The notes: generated by a model from the letters alone, not told the origin. A DNA stretch of 64,000 nt from an uncultured archaeon (GCA_964608675.1 CAZSOZ010000001.1:96001-160000); one strand, 5' to 3'. Shown: positions 1 through 10,642, counted from the first letter of the stretch. Program-made: numbers and translations.

Positions 1-435
1 AAGCTTGTCAGACAAAATTTTATTTAATTCAACAGAAACATTCAAAGGAGCAGAAGCCATAACGCTTTCCTGAATAAAAGAAAGTTCTCTTGAAGGATTT
101 ACAGCAGAAAAAGCATTTGTTTTTTTTCCTGCCTGAATTAAAGTTTCCCTCATTCCAATTATTTTGTCAGAAGAAAAACCAAACCATGCCTGCGGTTCAT
201 CAAAAAACTCTATTTCAGAAGAAAGAAAAGGAGCAGACAAAGGAGCAACAGAAACTTTTGGATAATTATTCCAAGAAACAAATAATCCTGGAGGAGAACT
301 TCCTTCAAAAGAATTATTTTTTATTCCTGAAAGAGTTTTTGTTTTACGGTTGTGCCTTTCAAGAACTTTACAGGAAGACAAACCGCACAAAAGCCTGCCT
401 TTGCAGTGAACGCATTCAATTCCATTAACTTTCAT
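1..435 (-). CDS. nreA: DNA repair protein NreA (Nre family), 5' part; runs off the window edge
   Basis: Not in the ORF track. Manual translation from ATG at 435: MKVNGIECVHCKGRLLCGLSSCKVLER...FEGSSPPGLFVSWNNYPKVSVAPL, matching the Nre N-terminal CxxCKG..LCG...C zinc motif and GSSPP.FV...YPKV motif. Confidence 0.85.
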   Translation of the reverse strand, partial: MKVNGIECVHCKGRLLCGLSSCKVLERHNRKTKTLSGIKNNSFEGSSPPGLFVSWNNYPKVSVAPLSAPFLSSEIEFFDEPQAWFGFSSDKIIGMRETLIQAGKKTNAFSAVNPSRELSFIQESVMASAPLNVSVELNKILSDKL

Positions 436-488
436 ACAAAAAAAAAGAAAAAAAAGGATTAAAATAAGTTTGAAAGAAAAAGTTTTTT

Positions 489-1127
489 ATGCAAAAAAAA
501 GCAGTAATAATTTGTAATGGAAGCATTAACACAAAATTTATTTATTCAGCAGTAGAAGAAAACGATTATTTGATTGCAGTTGACGGAGGAGCAAACAAGC
601 TTGCAAAAACCAATTTTGTTCCGGACTTAATTATAGGAGACATGGATTCAATTTCAAAAAACACAGAAAAAAAATTCAAAAAAATATACAAACAAAAATT
701 TCCAAAAGAAAAAGATTTCATTGACTTAGAGCTGGCATTAAAATACTGCATTAAAAAAAAATTCAAAGAAATAACTATTTTAGGAGCAATAGGCACAAGA
801 GCAGATATGACATTAACAAACATTTTTGTTTTAACACAAATACCAAAAAAAATCAATGCAAAAATAATCCACGAAAACCAGGAAATATATTTAATTCCAA
901 AAAAAAAGTTTTTTGTTCAGGGAATTCCTGGAGAAAAAATTTCTTTGTTTCCAATAAAAGAAGACATCAAAGGATTAACATTAAAAGGCTTTAAATATGA
1001 AGTGAAAAACTTTGATTTAAAATTCGGCTTAGGAATCGGTTTAAGCAACCATTTAAAAAACAAAAAAGCTTCAATTACGACAAAAGACGGATTATTGCTT
1101 TGCGTTCATTTCAGGAAATGGTTTTGA
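489..1127 (+). CDS. thiN: Thiamine diphosphokinase
   Basis: IAVDGGAN, PDLIIGDMDSI, EKDFIDLELAL, GAIGTRAD motifs; adjacent to thiamine ABC transporter. Confidence 0.92.
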   Translation: MQKKAVIICNGSINTKFIYSAVEENDYLIAVDGGANKLAKTNFVPDLIIGDMDSISKNTEKKFKKIYKQKFPKEKDFIDLELALKYCIKKKFKEITILGAIGTRADMTLTNIFVLTQIPKKINAKIIHENQEIYLIPKKKFFVQGIPGEKISLFPIKEDIKGLTLKGFKYEVKNFDLKFGLGIGLSNHLKNKKASITTKDGLLLCVHFRKWF

Positions 1128-1167
1128 ATTTAAACCTTCTAGTTCTGTTTTTTTATCAGGTGGTCTA

Positions 1168-2184
1168 ATGAAAAATAAAATTCTTTTATTTACTGCATTA
1201 ATTTCAGTTTTGTTTTTGTTTGGATGCACACAACAAAAAACAGACAACATGCTTATAGTGTATACTTATGATTCAATGATTTCAGAATACGGTTTAGGGC
1301 CAAAAATAATTCCAAAATTTGAAGAAGAATGCAACTGCAAAATTAAAATGGTTTCAAAAGGAGACGCAGGACAGCTTTTAAGTACAATAGTATTAGAAAA
1401 AGACAACCCAAAAGCAGATGTTGTATTAGGATTAGACAACAGTTTAATTCACAAAGCAGTAAACGAAAACGTGCTGGAAAAATTTACTCCAAAAAACAAA
1501 CACGTAATAAAAGAAGGAATTGAATTCCATGAAAAAATTTATCTGACTCCATACGATTACGGTTTTATTGCATTCATGTATGACTCAAAAAAAATTGACG
1601 TTGAATTAAACAGTTTTGATTCATTGCTTGACTCCAGCCTTGAAAACAAAATAATAATAGAAAATCCAAGAACTTCTTCTCCCGGACTGGCACTGCTTTT
1701 ATGGACAATAAAAGTTTACGGCGACCCTGAATACAAAGATTACTGGCAGGAATTAAAGCCAAACATTCTGGTTGTAACTGATGGCTGGGACGAAGCAGCA
1801 GGATTATTCAGGGCAGGAGAAGCACCAGTTTACTTGAGTTATGCCACTTCTCCACCATACTACGTTGAATTTGAAGACACAAAAAATTTTCTTGCAGCAG
1901 AATTTAAAGAAGGACATTACATGCAGATAGAAGGAATGGGAATAATAAAAGGAACAAAAAACAGGAAACTAGCAGAAAAATTCATTGAATTCATGCTAAC
2001 AGAAGAAACACAAAAAGAAATTCCTTTCACTCAATTCATGTTTCCTGCAAACAAAAATGTTGAACTTCCAAAAGCATTTGAATACGCGGTAATGCCTGAC
2101 AAAAAACTTGAATTGAATCCAAAATTAGTTGAAGAAAAACAAGAGGAATGGATTTCAGAATGGGAAAAAATAATGACTTCCTAG
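1168..2184 (+). CDS. thiB: Thiamine ABC transporter substrate-binding lipoprotein
   Basis: Lipobox LFGC; VYTYDS, GLGP.I...FE, ADVVLGLDN, PRTSSPGL, LSYATSP.Y motifs. Confidence 0.9.
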   Translation: MKNKILLFTALISVLFLFGCTQQKTDNMLIVYTYDSMISEYGLGPKIIPKFEEECNCKIKMVSKGDAGQLLSTIVLEKDNPKADVVLGLDNSLIHKAVNENVLEKFTPKNKHVIKEGIEFHEKIYLTPYDYGFIAFMYDSKKIDVELNSFDSLLDSSLENKIIIENPRTSSPGLALLLWTIKVYGDPEYKDYWQELKPNILVVTDGWDEAAGLFRAGEAPVYLSYATSPPYYVEFEDTKNFLAAEFKEGHYMQIEGMGIIKGTKNRKLAEKFIEFMLTEETQKEIPFTQFMFPANKNVELPKAFEYAVMPDKKLELNPKLVEEKQEEWISEWEKIMTS

Positions 2185-3749
2185 CATTAAAAATTTTATT
2201 GCTTGGATTTTTTTTCTTTTTCTTTTTTTTTCCTTTAGCAAACATTTTTTTCAGGTTTCTTTCAGGAACAAATTTTTTTTATTTAATTAATGCTCTGGCT
2301 TCAAACAAAACATTAATCTGGAATTCATTTTATCAGGCAGGAGTTTCAACTGCATTGTGTTTGCTGATAGGAATTCCTTCCGCGTTTGTGGTTGCAAGAA
2401 GAAATTTTTTTGGAAAAAAAATTATAAAAGCATTAAGTTTGATTCCGTTTGTTTTTCCTTCAATTTTAGTTGTAATTTCCTTTGTAATAGTTTTTGGAAA
2501 CAACGGCTGGATAAATTTTTTCTTAAAAAATTTTTTGGGATTCAAAGAACACTTTCAGTTTTTGTATGGTTTTACAGGAATCATTTTAGCTCACACGTTT
2601 TATAATTTTCCTTTAGTTATGAGGTTTGTTTCAAGTGCATGGGAAAAACTTGACGGAACAATGAAAGAATCAGCAAAAAGTTTAGGGGCAAACAAACTGC
2701 AGGTTTTTTGGAATATTACGTTAAGGCAGTTAATGCCTTCAATTGCTGCTTCTGCTTCGCTTGTATTCATTTACTGTTTTATGAGTTTTGCAATAATAAT
2801 AACTTTAGGAGGAATTCAATTCTCTACCTTGGAAGTAGAAATTTACCGGCAGATAACAAGAAACATTAATTTTTCTCTTGCATCCTTTCTTGCATTATTT
2901 CAATTTATTGTATTGAGTTTAATTGGATTAATTTATTTTTATTCGTCAAAAAAATTTGAAATAAAAGAAAAAGGCGTATTAGAAAAACCAAAAAAAATTT
3001 CATTAATTGAAACAGGGTTTCTTCTTATTATTATAAGCTTTATTGTTCTGCCAATAATTGCATTAATTGCTTTTGCTTTCTTTAATCCAAACACAGGAGA
3101 ATTTTCCTTGAATGCATTCCAAAAAATATTTTTTTACGGATATGAAAGTTTGCTGGGAACAAACGCAATAACTTCAATTGCATACAGTTTAATTATTGCA
3201 TTCATTGCATCAATTGTTTCTTCATTAATTGGATTAACTGCTTCTTTAAAGCAGACAAGAATTCCAATAATTAATGTTTTTGTAGGTTCATCCATTGCAG
3301 TTTCAACAATAACTCTTGCTTTTGGTTATTTGCTGGGATTCGGTTCAGGAAACCTTATAATTATTGCTTTGGGCCATTCGCTTCTTGCATTTCCTTTTTC
3401 ATTCCGTGTATTAAACAACGCATTAAACAAAATAGACGAAGAAAGCATTGAATCAGCAAAAAGTTTAGGAGCCAGCGAAATAGAAGTCTTCAAAAAAATA
3501 CAGTTTCCAAGAATAAAAAATGCATTAATTGTTTCAATTGCATTCTGTTTTGCTGTTTCATTAGGCGAATTAGGTTTTGTTTTGGTTTTATATGACGGAA
3601 TTTATGCTACCATGCCTGTATATATTTTCAGGCTTCTGTCAACATTTGATTTAGCTGCAGCTTCAGCCATGGGATTAATTTTAATTTTAATTTCATTTAC
3701 TGCATTTTATGCAATAGAAATATTTTCAAAAAACGAGCAGGTGCTTTAA
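2148..3749 (+). CDS. thiP: Thiamine ABC transporter permease (two ABC TM domains)
   Basis: Hydrophobic; two ESAKSLGA (EAA) loops; AHTFYNFPL; operon context. Confidence 0.85.
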   Translation: MDFRMGKNNDFLALKILLLGFFFFFFFFPLANIFFRFLSGTNFFYLINALASNKTLIWNSFYQAGVSTALCLLIGIPSAFVVARRNFFGKKIIKALSLIPFVFPSILVVISFVIVFGNNGWINFFLKNFLGFKEHFQFLYGFTGIILAHTFYNFPLVMRFVSSAWEKLDGTMKESAKSLGANKLQVFWNITLRQLMPSIAASASLVFIYCFMSFAIIITLGGIQFSTLEVEIYRQITRNINFSLASFLALFQFIVLSLIGLIYFYSSKKFEIKEKGVLEKPKKISLIETGFLLIIISFIVLPIIALIAFAFFNPNTGEFSLNAFQKIFFYGYESLLGTNAITSIAYSLIIAFIASIVSSLIGLTASLKQTRIPIINVFVGSSIAVSTITLAFGYLLGFGSGNLIIIALGHSLLAFPFSFRVLNNALNKIDEESIESAKSLGASEIEVFKKIQFPRIKNALIVSIAFCFAVSLGELGFVLVLYDGIYATMPVYIFRLLSTFDLAAASAMGLILILISFTAFYAIEIFSKNEQVL

Positions 3750-4591
3750 TGAAAATAAAAATAAAAGAACTCAAAAAAAAATTTCCTGAACTGAAAATAA
3801 GTTTTTCTCTTGAAATTGCATCAGGAAGCTTTACTTCAATTGTCGGACCCAGCGGAAGCGGAAAAACCACTTTGCTTAAATTAATTGCAGGGCTTCTTGA
3901 AACAGAAAAAGGAATAATTTTTTTCGGAGAAAAAAACGTGACTGAATTGCCAACAGAAAAAAGAAACATTGGATTAGTGTTTCAGTCAGATGCATTGTTT
4001 TCTCATTTAAATGTATTTGATAATATTGGGTTTGGATTAAAAATGAGAAAAAAAAGCAGGCAGGAAATTCAAGAAAAAGTTTTAAAGGCCCTGAAATTAG
4101 TACATTTAAAGGGATTTGAAAAAAGAAAAGTAAACAATTTAAGCGGAGGAGAAAAAAGAAGAACTGCAATAGCAAGAGCAATTGCATTTGAACCTGACCT
4201 GCTATTATTAGATGAACCATTAAGCGGACTGGATGCAAAACTAAAAGAAAAAATGAAAGTGTTTTTGAAGGAATTAAACAAAAAAACCGGCTTAACTACA
4301 ATAATGGTGACTCACGATATTGATGAAGCATTTTTTTTAAGCGACAAAATTGTTGTAATAAACCAGGGAAAAAAAGAACAAGAAGACACTCCTGAAAACA
4401 TTTTTTTGAATCCAAAAAATTCTTTTGTAAAAAACTTTGTTTCTGATTACATTTTGATTGAAGGAAAACAAAAAACTGTTAATAGAAGAAAAATGATTCA
4501 AGGAAAATTTTTGCTGCCGGTTAAAGAAAAACAAAAAGGAAGAGCTTTCATCAACTTCAAAAAAACAAACTACAAGTTTTTTGATAGTTAA
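3749..4591 (+). CDS. thiQ: ABC transporter ATP-binding subunit (thiamine)
   Basis: Walker A GPSGSGKT, LSGGE signature, LLLDEP; operon context. Confidence 0.8.
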   Translation: MKIKIKELKKKFPELKISFSLEIASGSFTSIVGPSGSGKTTLLKLIAGLLETEKGIIFFGEKNVTELPTEKRNIGLVFQSDALFSHLNVFDNIGFGLKMRKKSRQEIQEKVLKALKLVHLKGFEKRKVNNLSGGEKRRTAIARAIAFEPDLLLLDEPLSGLDAKLKEKMKVFLKELNKKTGLTTIMVTHDIDEAFFLSDKIVVINQGKKEQEDTPENIFLNPKNSFVKNFVSDYILIEGKQKTVNRRKMIQGKFLLPVKEKQKGRAFINFKKTNYKFFDS

Positions 4592-4625
4592 ACATTTAAA
4601 AAAGCTTCAATAGAGTAATTTATTC

Positions 4626-6533
4626 ATGGCCGAAATAGAATTAATTTTGCCGGATGAATCCAAATTAAAAGTAAAAAAAGGCATTAAAGGAATTGATGCA
4701 GCAAAAAAAATAGGAAAAAAACTGGCAAAAGACGCTTTAGCAGTAAAAGTAAACGGAGAATTAAAGCCGTTAGAATCTGAAATACAAGAAAACTCTTCTT
4801 TTAATGTAATTACAAAGAATTCAAAAGAAGGACTGGAAGTTTTAAGGCATTCTGCTTCACATGTACTGGCAGAAGCAGTAAAAGAATTATGGCCAAACAC
4901 AAAACTTGGAATAGGCCCTGCAATAGAAGACGGATTTTATTATGATTTCTTTAAAAAAGAACCTTTTACTCCAGAAGACCTAAAAAAAATAGAAGAAAAA
5001 ATGAAAGAAATAATCAAAAAAAACAAAGAATTCAAAGAAAAAGAAATGAAAAAAGAAGAAGCATTAAAGTTTTTTTCACAAAAAGGAGAAAAATTTAAAG
5101 TAGAATTAATCAGAGAACTTGAAGGAAGGATTTCATTTTATGAATCAGGAAAATTCATTGATTTATGCAAAGGCCCCCACATAAAAAAAACCGGAGAAAT
5201 AAAAGCATTCAAATTACTGAGTACAGGCGGAGCATACTGGAAAGGAAGCGAAGAAAACGAAATGCTTCAAAGAATTTACGGAACAGCATTCTTTTCACAA
5301 AAAGAATTAGATGAATTCCTGAAAAAAAAAGAAGAAGCAGAAAAAAGAGACCATAGAAAAATAGGAAAACAACTGGATTTGTTTTCAATTAATGAAACCG
5401 TTGGAAGCGGATTTATTTTATGGCATCCGAAAGGAACAGCATTAAGAAACGCAGTAATGAAATTTGATGAAAAAGAACACCTGAAAAGAGGATACGAATT
5501 TGTAACAACCCCTCATATATTCAAAGGAGAAACATGGGATATTTCAGGGCATTCAGGCTACTACAAAGAAAACATGTATTTTCTGGAAATAGACAAACAA
5601 AAATATGGAATAAAGCCAATGAATTGCCCTGCACACATAATGATATACAAAAACAACCAGCATTCTTACAGAGAACTTCCAATAAAATACTTTGAATTCG
5701 GAACAGTTTATAGATACGAAAAATCAGGAGTATTAGGAGGCCTATTCAGAGTAAGAGGGTTCACTCAAGATGACGCACACATTTTCTGTACTCCGGAACA
5801 ATTACAGGAAGAAATAAAAAAAGTAATTGAATTCTGCTTGTTTGTATTCAAGACATTTGGATTCAAAGATATTGCAGTCAAGCTGTCAACAAAACCAGAC
5901 AAAGCAATAGGAAATGAAGAACAATGGAAAAAAGCAGAAGAAGCATTAAAAAAAGCCTTAAATGAAACACAATTAAAATACGAATTAGATGAAGGCGAAG
6001 GAGTTTTTTACGGGCCAAAAATTGATTTCAAAGTAAAAGATTCAATTAAAAGAGAATGGCAGTTAAGCACAATTCAAGTGGACTTTAATTTGCCTGAAAG
6101 ATTTGATGCAGTGTACATAGGAGAAGACTCAAAAAAACACAGAACTATAATGATTCATCGCGCAATTTTTGGTTCACTGGAAAGATTTATTGGAATACTA
6201 ATAGAACACTTTGAAGGAAAATTTCCTTTATGGTTAAGTCCAGTACAGTTTAAAGTTCTGGCAGTAGGAGAAAAATTCGAAGACTATGCCAAAGAAATAA
6301 ACAAAAAATTACAGGAAAACAAATTCAGAACTGAATTAGATTTGAGAGCAGAAACAGTTTCATACAAAATAAGAGAGGGACAACTCCAAAAAATCCCATA
6401 CATAATTGTAGTCGGAGAAAGAGAAAAAGAAAAAAGAACAATAACAGCAAGAGACAGAGAAGGAAAACAAAAAACTGTTTCTTTAGATGAATTCATTCAA
6501 GAAAAAAAAGAAGAAATACAAGAAAAAAAATAG
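4626..6533 (+). CDS. thrS: Threonine--tRNA ligase, bacterial-type (TGS + SAD editing domain)
   Basis: RHSASHVLA, DLCKGPH, KPMNCP, RVRGFTQDDAH, HRAIFGSLERF motifs. Confidence 0.97.
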   Translation: MAEIELILPDESKLKVKKGIKGIDAAKKIGKKLAKDALAVKVNGELKPLESEIQENSSFNVITKNSKEGLEVLRHSASHVLAEAVKELWPNTKLGIGPAIEDGFYYDFFKKEPFTPEDLKKIEEKMKEIIKKNKEFKEKEMKKEEALKFFSQKGEKFKVELIRELEGRISFYESGKFIDLCKGPHIKKTGEIKAFKLLSTGGAYWKGSEENEMLQRIYGTAFFSQKELDEFLKKKEEAEKRDHRKIGKQLDLFSINETVGSGFILWHPKGTALRNAVMKFDEKEHLKRGYEFVTTPHIFKGETWDISGHSGYYKENMYFLEIDKQKYGIKPMNCPAHIMIYKNNQHSYRELPIKYFEFGTVYRYEKSGVLGGLFRVRGFTQDDAHIFCTPEQLQEEIKKVIEFCLFVFKTFGFKDIAVKLSTKPDKAIGNEEQWKKAEEALKKALNETQLKYELDEGEGVFYGPKIDFKVKDSIKREWQLSTIQVDFNLPERFDAVYIGEDSKKHRTIMIHRAIFGSLERFIGILIEHFEGKFPLWLSPVQFKVLAVGEKFEDYAKEINKKLQENKFRTELDLRAETVSYKIREGQLQKIPYIIVVGEREKEKRTITARDREGKQKTVSLDEFIQEKKEEIQEKK

Positions 6534-6597
6534 CTTCTAATTTTATTTTTTTTAGTTAAATTTAAATAATCTAAAGCGGTTTTGTTATAGGAGAAAC

Positions 6598-8316
6598 ATG
6601 GCAGACTACTTAAAAGATTTAGTTAAAAAAGCTAAACGAATTAAAACTGAAGGAGACGCAGTTAAACCTAAAGAAAAAAAATCAGAAATAAACGAAAAGG
6701 AAATAAGAAAAAAACTTCTTTTAAATAAAGAAAAAAAAGGAAAAAAACTTGAAGAAGAACTTAGAAAAAAAGTTCCACAAAAAATAAAAGAAAAAGAAAT
6801 AAAAGAAGAACAAGAAACAAAAGAACAAGAAAAAGAAAGACAAGTTTCATCAGTAGAAAAAGAACTTGAATCAATGGAAAAAAAAGAAATTGATTCATAC
6901 GGAGACGTAAAAGTATACGCGGTTCCGGGCAAAATTCTTCCGTATTATGTTATTCCTGTAACCAAACCCACTTTAGGTGAAAGAACAATAATCAATACAA
7001 TAAAAGAAGCAGCAACAAGATTAATTTCAATTGCCCCTTATAGAATAAGAGACCCTGAACAAAGAAGAACTGTCTACAAACAGAGAATAATTGAAATACT
7101 CCGAGCATCAAACGAATTAAACATTCCTGAAAGAAGATTTGATTTTTATGCTGAATCAGTTGTAAGAGAAATGGTAGGATACGGTTTAATTGATCCTTTA
7201 ATCAGAGACGACCAATTAGAAGAAATAATGGTAATCGGCTCAAAAAAACCTGTTTATATTTTTCACAGAAAACACGAAATGATGATGACAAACATTGAAT
7301 TTTTTTCCGACGGAGAAATAGTGGATTTAATTAACAGGATTGCAAGAGAAGTCGGAAGAAGAGTAGATATTTCAGCTCCGTTACTGGATGCAAGATTAGC
7401 AGACGGTTCAAGAGTTAATGCAACAATTCCTCCTGCATCAATTTCAGGTTCAAGTTTAACAATCAGAAAATTCCGGGCAGACCCTTATTCAATAATTGAT
7501 TTAATAAAATATGAAACCTTTGACGTGGAAAGCGCTGCATTCATGTGGTTATGCGTAGAAGGATTAGGAGTAAAACCTGCAAACATTTTAATTACAGGAG
7601 GAACCGGAAGCGGAAAAACAACTACTTTGAATGTACTTGCGTCATTTATACCTGAAAGAGAAAGAATAGTAACAATAGAAGACACAGCAGAATTAAATCT
7701 TCCTTTAGAGCATTTAATTAGTTTAGAGTCAAGGCCTCCGGGATTAGAAGGAACCGGAGAAATAACTTTGGATATTTTAACAAAAAATTCTTTAAGAATG
7801 CGTCCGGACAGAGTAATAGTAGGAGAAGTAAGACACGATGAAGCATTCACTTTATTTACAGCAATGAACACAGGCCACGACGGATGCCTGGGAACAATCC
7901 ATGCTAATTCACCGCAGGAAACACTTGTAAGGGTTACAAGCCCGCCAATGAATGTTCCTGAAGTAATGCTTTCAGGACTGGATTTAATTGTAGTAGAACA
8001 CAGAATTCACGATAAAAAAAAGGGAACAATAAGAAGAATAACAGAAATAGCAGAAGTAACAGGGGTATTAGAAGACAAAACATCAACTCAAACATTATTT
8101 GAAAGAGATGCAATAAAAGACAGATTAATTAAAAGCGACGCAGAAAGCATTTACCTGAAAACTTTAATGAAATTTACAGGATACAACGCAAAACAAATTG
8201 AAAAAGAATTAAAAGACAGAGAAAAAATTTTAAGAAAACTCCTGGAAAAAGAAATCCATGACATGAAAGAAGTAACAGAAGCAATGAGAGAATTCTTGAA
8301 CAAAAGAAGTGATTAA
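6598..8316 (+). CDS. Type IV pilus assembly ATPase (CpaF/TadA/VirB11 family)
   Basis: GGTGSGKTT, TIEDTAEL, LRMRPDRVIVGEVR, AMNTGHDG..GTIHA. Confidence 0.93.
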   Translation: MADYLKDLVKKAKRIKTEGDAVKPKEKKSEINEKEIRKKLLLNKEKKGKKLEEELRKKVPQKIKEKEIKEEQETKEQEKERQVSSVEKELESMEKKEIDSYGDVKVYAVPGKILPYYVIPVTKPTLGERTIINTIKEAATRLISIAPYRIRDPEQRRTVYKQRIIEILRASNELNIPERRFDFYAESVVREMVGYGLIDPLIRDDQLEEIMVIGSKKPVYIFHRKHEMMMTNIEFFSDGEIVDLINRIAREVGRRVDISAPLLDARLADGSRVNATIPPASISGSSLTIRKFRADPYSIIDLIKYETFDVESAAFMWLCVEGLGVKPANILITGGTGSGKTTTLNVLASFIPERERIVTIEDTAELNLPLEHLISLESRPPGLEGTGEITLDILTKNSLRMRPDRVIVGEVRHDEAFTLFTAMNTGHDGCLGTIHANSPQETLVRVTSPPMNVPEVMLSGLDLIVVEHRIHDKKKGTIRRITEIAEVTGVLEDKTSTQTLFERDAIKDRLIKSDAESIYLKTLMKFTGYNAKQIEKELKDREKILRKLLEKEIHDMKEVTEAMREFLNKRSD

Positions 8317-8318
8317 AC

Positions 8319-9476
8319 ATGGCAAAAAAAATAGACAAACTCAGAAAAATAATTGAAGAAAAAAAAGAAAAAGAAGACCAAAAAAAACAAACAGTAGACA
8401 TGGATGAAGTAGAAAAAATCGTTGAAAGAATGAAAAGGCGTTATTCAGAAGAAGGAAGAGAAATGGAAGAAGTCGGAGGACGCCTAAAAGAACTAAGAGG
8501 AATAATTGCAGAAGGAAAACAAAAAGAATTAGAAGTACAAACAATAGAAGACCTCAAAGTATTCAGGTCTCCGATGGTAAGACAACTTGGAAAATTTTAT
8601 CTTGCATTAAAAGGAATAACCAAGCCAATCGAATCACTAATAAGCAGACTGCCTCAAGTAAAACAATTGAGTTTTTATTTATACAGTGCAAACATGAATA
8701 TTTCAGCAAAACAATTCCTTGCAATAATTACTTCAATTGCATTAATTGTTTTTGTTGTATCAGGAGTTCTTCTTACAACCATAGTATTCATGTTTTTTTC
8801 TGAAGCTCCTTTATTAAGCAAAAGCCTTCTGATACTTCTTGTAAGCTTAATGTTTACTTTTATGACAGTAATAATAGGTTTTTTGGTTCCAAGAAGAAAA
8901 GCAATGACAAGAGGAGACGAAGTATCAAAAGAACTTCCTTTTGCATTAAGGCACATGGCAACAGAATTAAAATCAGGTTTAGGGTTATACAGAACAATTC
9001 AAACAATTGCTTTAGCAGATTACGGAGCATTAAGCGAAGAATTCTCCAGAACAATAAATGAAATAGAAGAAGGAACAGACACAAAACTTGCATTAAGGCA
9101 TTTAGCTTTAAGAACTCAATCCAAAGCATTAAGAAATGCATTAATTCACGTGATAAGAGCATTGAGAACCGGAGGAAACCTTTCAATTATAATGAACGAC
9201 ATAGCAGACGATGTATCATTTGCATTAAGAATGAAAATAAAAGATTTCTCGCAAAAAATGAATTTCTTTGCAACAATCTTTATTTACATGGCAATAGTTA
9301 TTCCAGTATTTATTTCAATTTTAGGAGGCATAAGAATTACTCCAATTCAGTCAGGAAGCGTATTTGAATCACTTCCTTTAGATACTCCGGTTTTAATGGC
9401 ATTCTTTTTAGTTTTTATGCCCATGTTATTGGTTTACTTGATTATATTTATTTCAATGAGTCAGCCGAAGGTGTAA
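8319..9476 (+). CDS. Pilus platform membrane protein (T2SS-F/TadB-like)
   Basis: ELPFALRHMATELKSGL, DYGALSEEF, RTGGNLS motifs; TM segments; follows the ATPase. Confidence 0.88.
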   Translation: MAKKIDKLRKIIEEKKEKEDQKKQTVDMDEVEKIVERMKRRYSEEGREMEEVGGRLKELRGIIAEGKQKELEVQTIEDLKVFRSPMVRQLGKFYLALKGITKPIESLISRLPQVKQLSFYLYSANMNISAKQFLAIITSIALIVFVVSGVLLTTIVFMFFSEAPLLSKSLLILLVSLMFTFMTVIIGFLVPRRKAMTRGDEVSKELPFALRHMATELKSGLGLYRTIQTIALADYGALSEEFSRTINEIEEGTDTKLALRHLALRTQSKALRNALIHVIRALRTGGNLSIIMNDIADDVSFALRMKIKDFSQKMNFFATIFIYMAIVIPVFISILGGIRITPIQSGSVFESLPLDTPVLMAFFLVFMPMLLVYLIIFISMSQPKV

Positions 9477-9480
9477 TGAA

Positions 9481-10500
9481 ATGACAAGAGTAAGATTATA
9501 TCAAAAAATTGGTTTCTTAAAGAAATCAAAATTCATGAAAAAATACGAAAAATACTTGAATGAAATAAACCTAAAAGTTGACCCTTTATTATGGATGACT
9601 TTATCATTTTTAATTGCATTAATTGCAGGAATTCTTGTTTACCTGCTTCTTGGTTTTCTTTCCCCTCCAACAGATCCAGCACTGGTTGCATTAGGAGAAC
9701 AAAATCCGCCGTTAACTGAATCAATGATAATCATGGTTTTTGTCAGTTTTTTTGTGGTAATAGATTTAATGATTGGATATCCATACATTAAAGGAATAAG
9801 CAGAATAAATAAAATAGAAGAAGAACTTCCTGAAGCATTAAAGCAAATGGCCGACATACTCAAAGCAGGAGGAACATACGAATATGCATTAAGGGAAATC
9901 AGCCACGCAGACTTTGGACCGTTAACTCCAGAACTAGAAAACGTTCTAAGAAAATTAGAAGAAGGAGAAAACTTTGCAGACTCGCTTTCAACTTTATCAT
10001 ACAACATTGATTCAAGACTAGTTAAAAGAAGTGTTACAATAATAATTGATTCAGTAAAAGCAGGAGCAGGTTTAGCAGACATTTTAGATGAAATAGCAGA
10101 AGACATAAGAGACACAAACAGAATCAACCACGAAAGAAGAAGCCAGACATTAATGCAGGTATTGTTTATGGTAACAGCAGGAGCAATAGTCACTCCATTT
10201 ATTTTTGGTTTAATTTCAACAATAGTGGATTTTTTGATTACTTCTTCTTCACAGCTGGCAACACTTCCAACTGAAGTAAAACTAGAAGCAGTTGACTCAA
10301 AATTCCTTTTATTGTATTTGCTTCAAATTTATGTTTTCATTGAAGTTGTAGCATCAAGTGTAATGATTTCTTTAATGAGAGAAGGAAACAAAAACAAAAG
10401 TATTATATATCTGCCAATACTTTTATTTATCGGTTATGTTGTTTACTTCCTATCAAACATTATTTCAAAAGGATTAATTTCCGGAATCGGAGGATTATAA
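9481..10500 (+). CDS. Pilus platform membrane protein (T2SS-F/TadC-like)
   Basis: IEEELPEALKQMADILKAG, DFGPLTPE, GAGLADIL; TM segments. Confidence 0.88.
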   Translation: MTRVRLYQKIGFLKKSKFMKKYEKYLNEINLKVDPLLWMTLSFLIALIAGILVYLLLGFLSPPTDPALVALGEQNPPLTESMIIMVFVSFFVVIDLMIGYPYIKGISRINKIEEELPEALKQMADILKAGGTYEYALREISHADFGPLTPELENVLRKLEEGENFADSLSTLSYNIDSRLVKRSVTIIIDSVKAGAGLADILDEIAEDIRDTNRINHERRSQTLMQVLFMVTAGAIVTPFIFGLISTIVDFLITSSSQLATLPTEVKLEAVDSKFLLLYLLQIYVFIEVVASSVMISLMREGNKNKSIIYLPILLFIGYVVYFLSNIISKGLISGIGGL

Positions 10501-10501
10501 A

Positions 10502-10642
10502 ATGGAAAACAAAGCTCAGACTTCAATTGAAACACTTTTAATAATTGCAACAGCCGTAGTAATAGCAGTAGTCGTAGGAGCATTCCTAAAAGGACTTGTA
10601 TCAGGTCCAATAGCACACAAAACAAACGAATTAGCAAACTAA
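10502..10642 (+). CDS. Mini-pilin 1, class III signal peptide (46 aa)
   Basis: Not in the ORF track. MENKA|QTSIETLLIIATAVVIAVVVGAFLKGLVSGPIAHKTNELAN; Q+1/E+5 motif plus hydrophobic helix. Confidence 0.85.
   Translation: MENKAQTSIETLLIIATAVVIAVVVGAFLKGLVSGPIAHKTNELAN

Noticed and set aside
90-428. 112-aa + strand ORF in the track
   Set aside because: Shadow of the minus-strand nreA frame, which carries clear family motifs.
436-488. TPP riboswitch upstream of the thiamine operon
   Set aside because: Spacer is 53 nt of mostly A/T with no riboswitch core; 1128-1167 is also too short.
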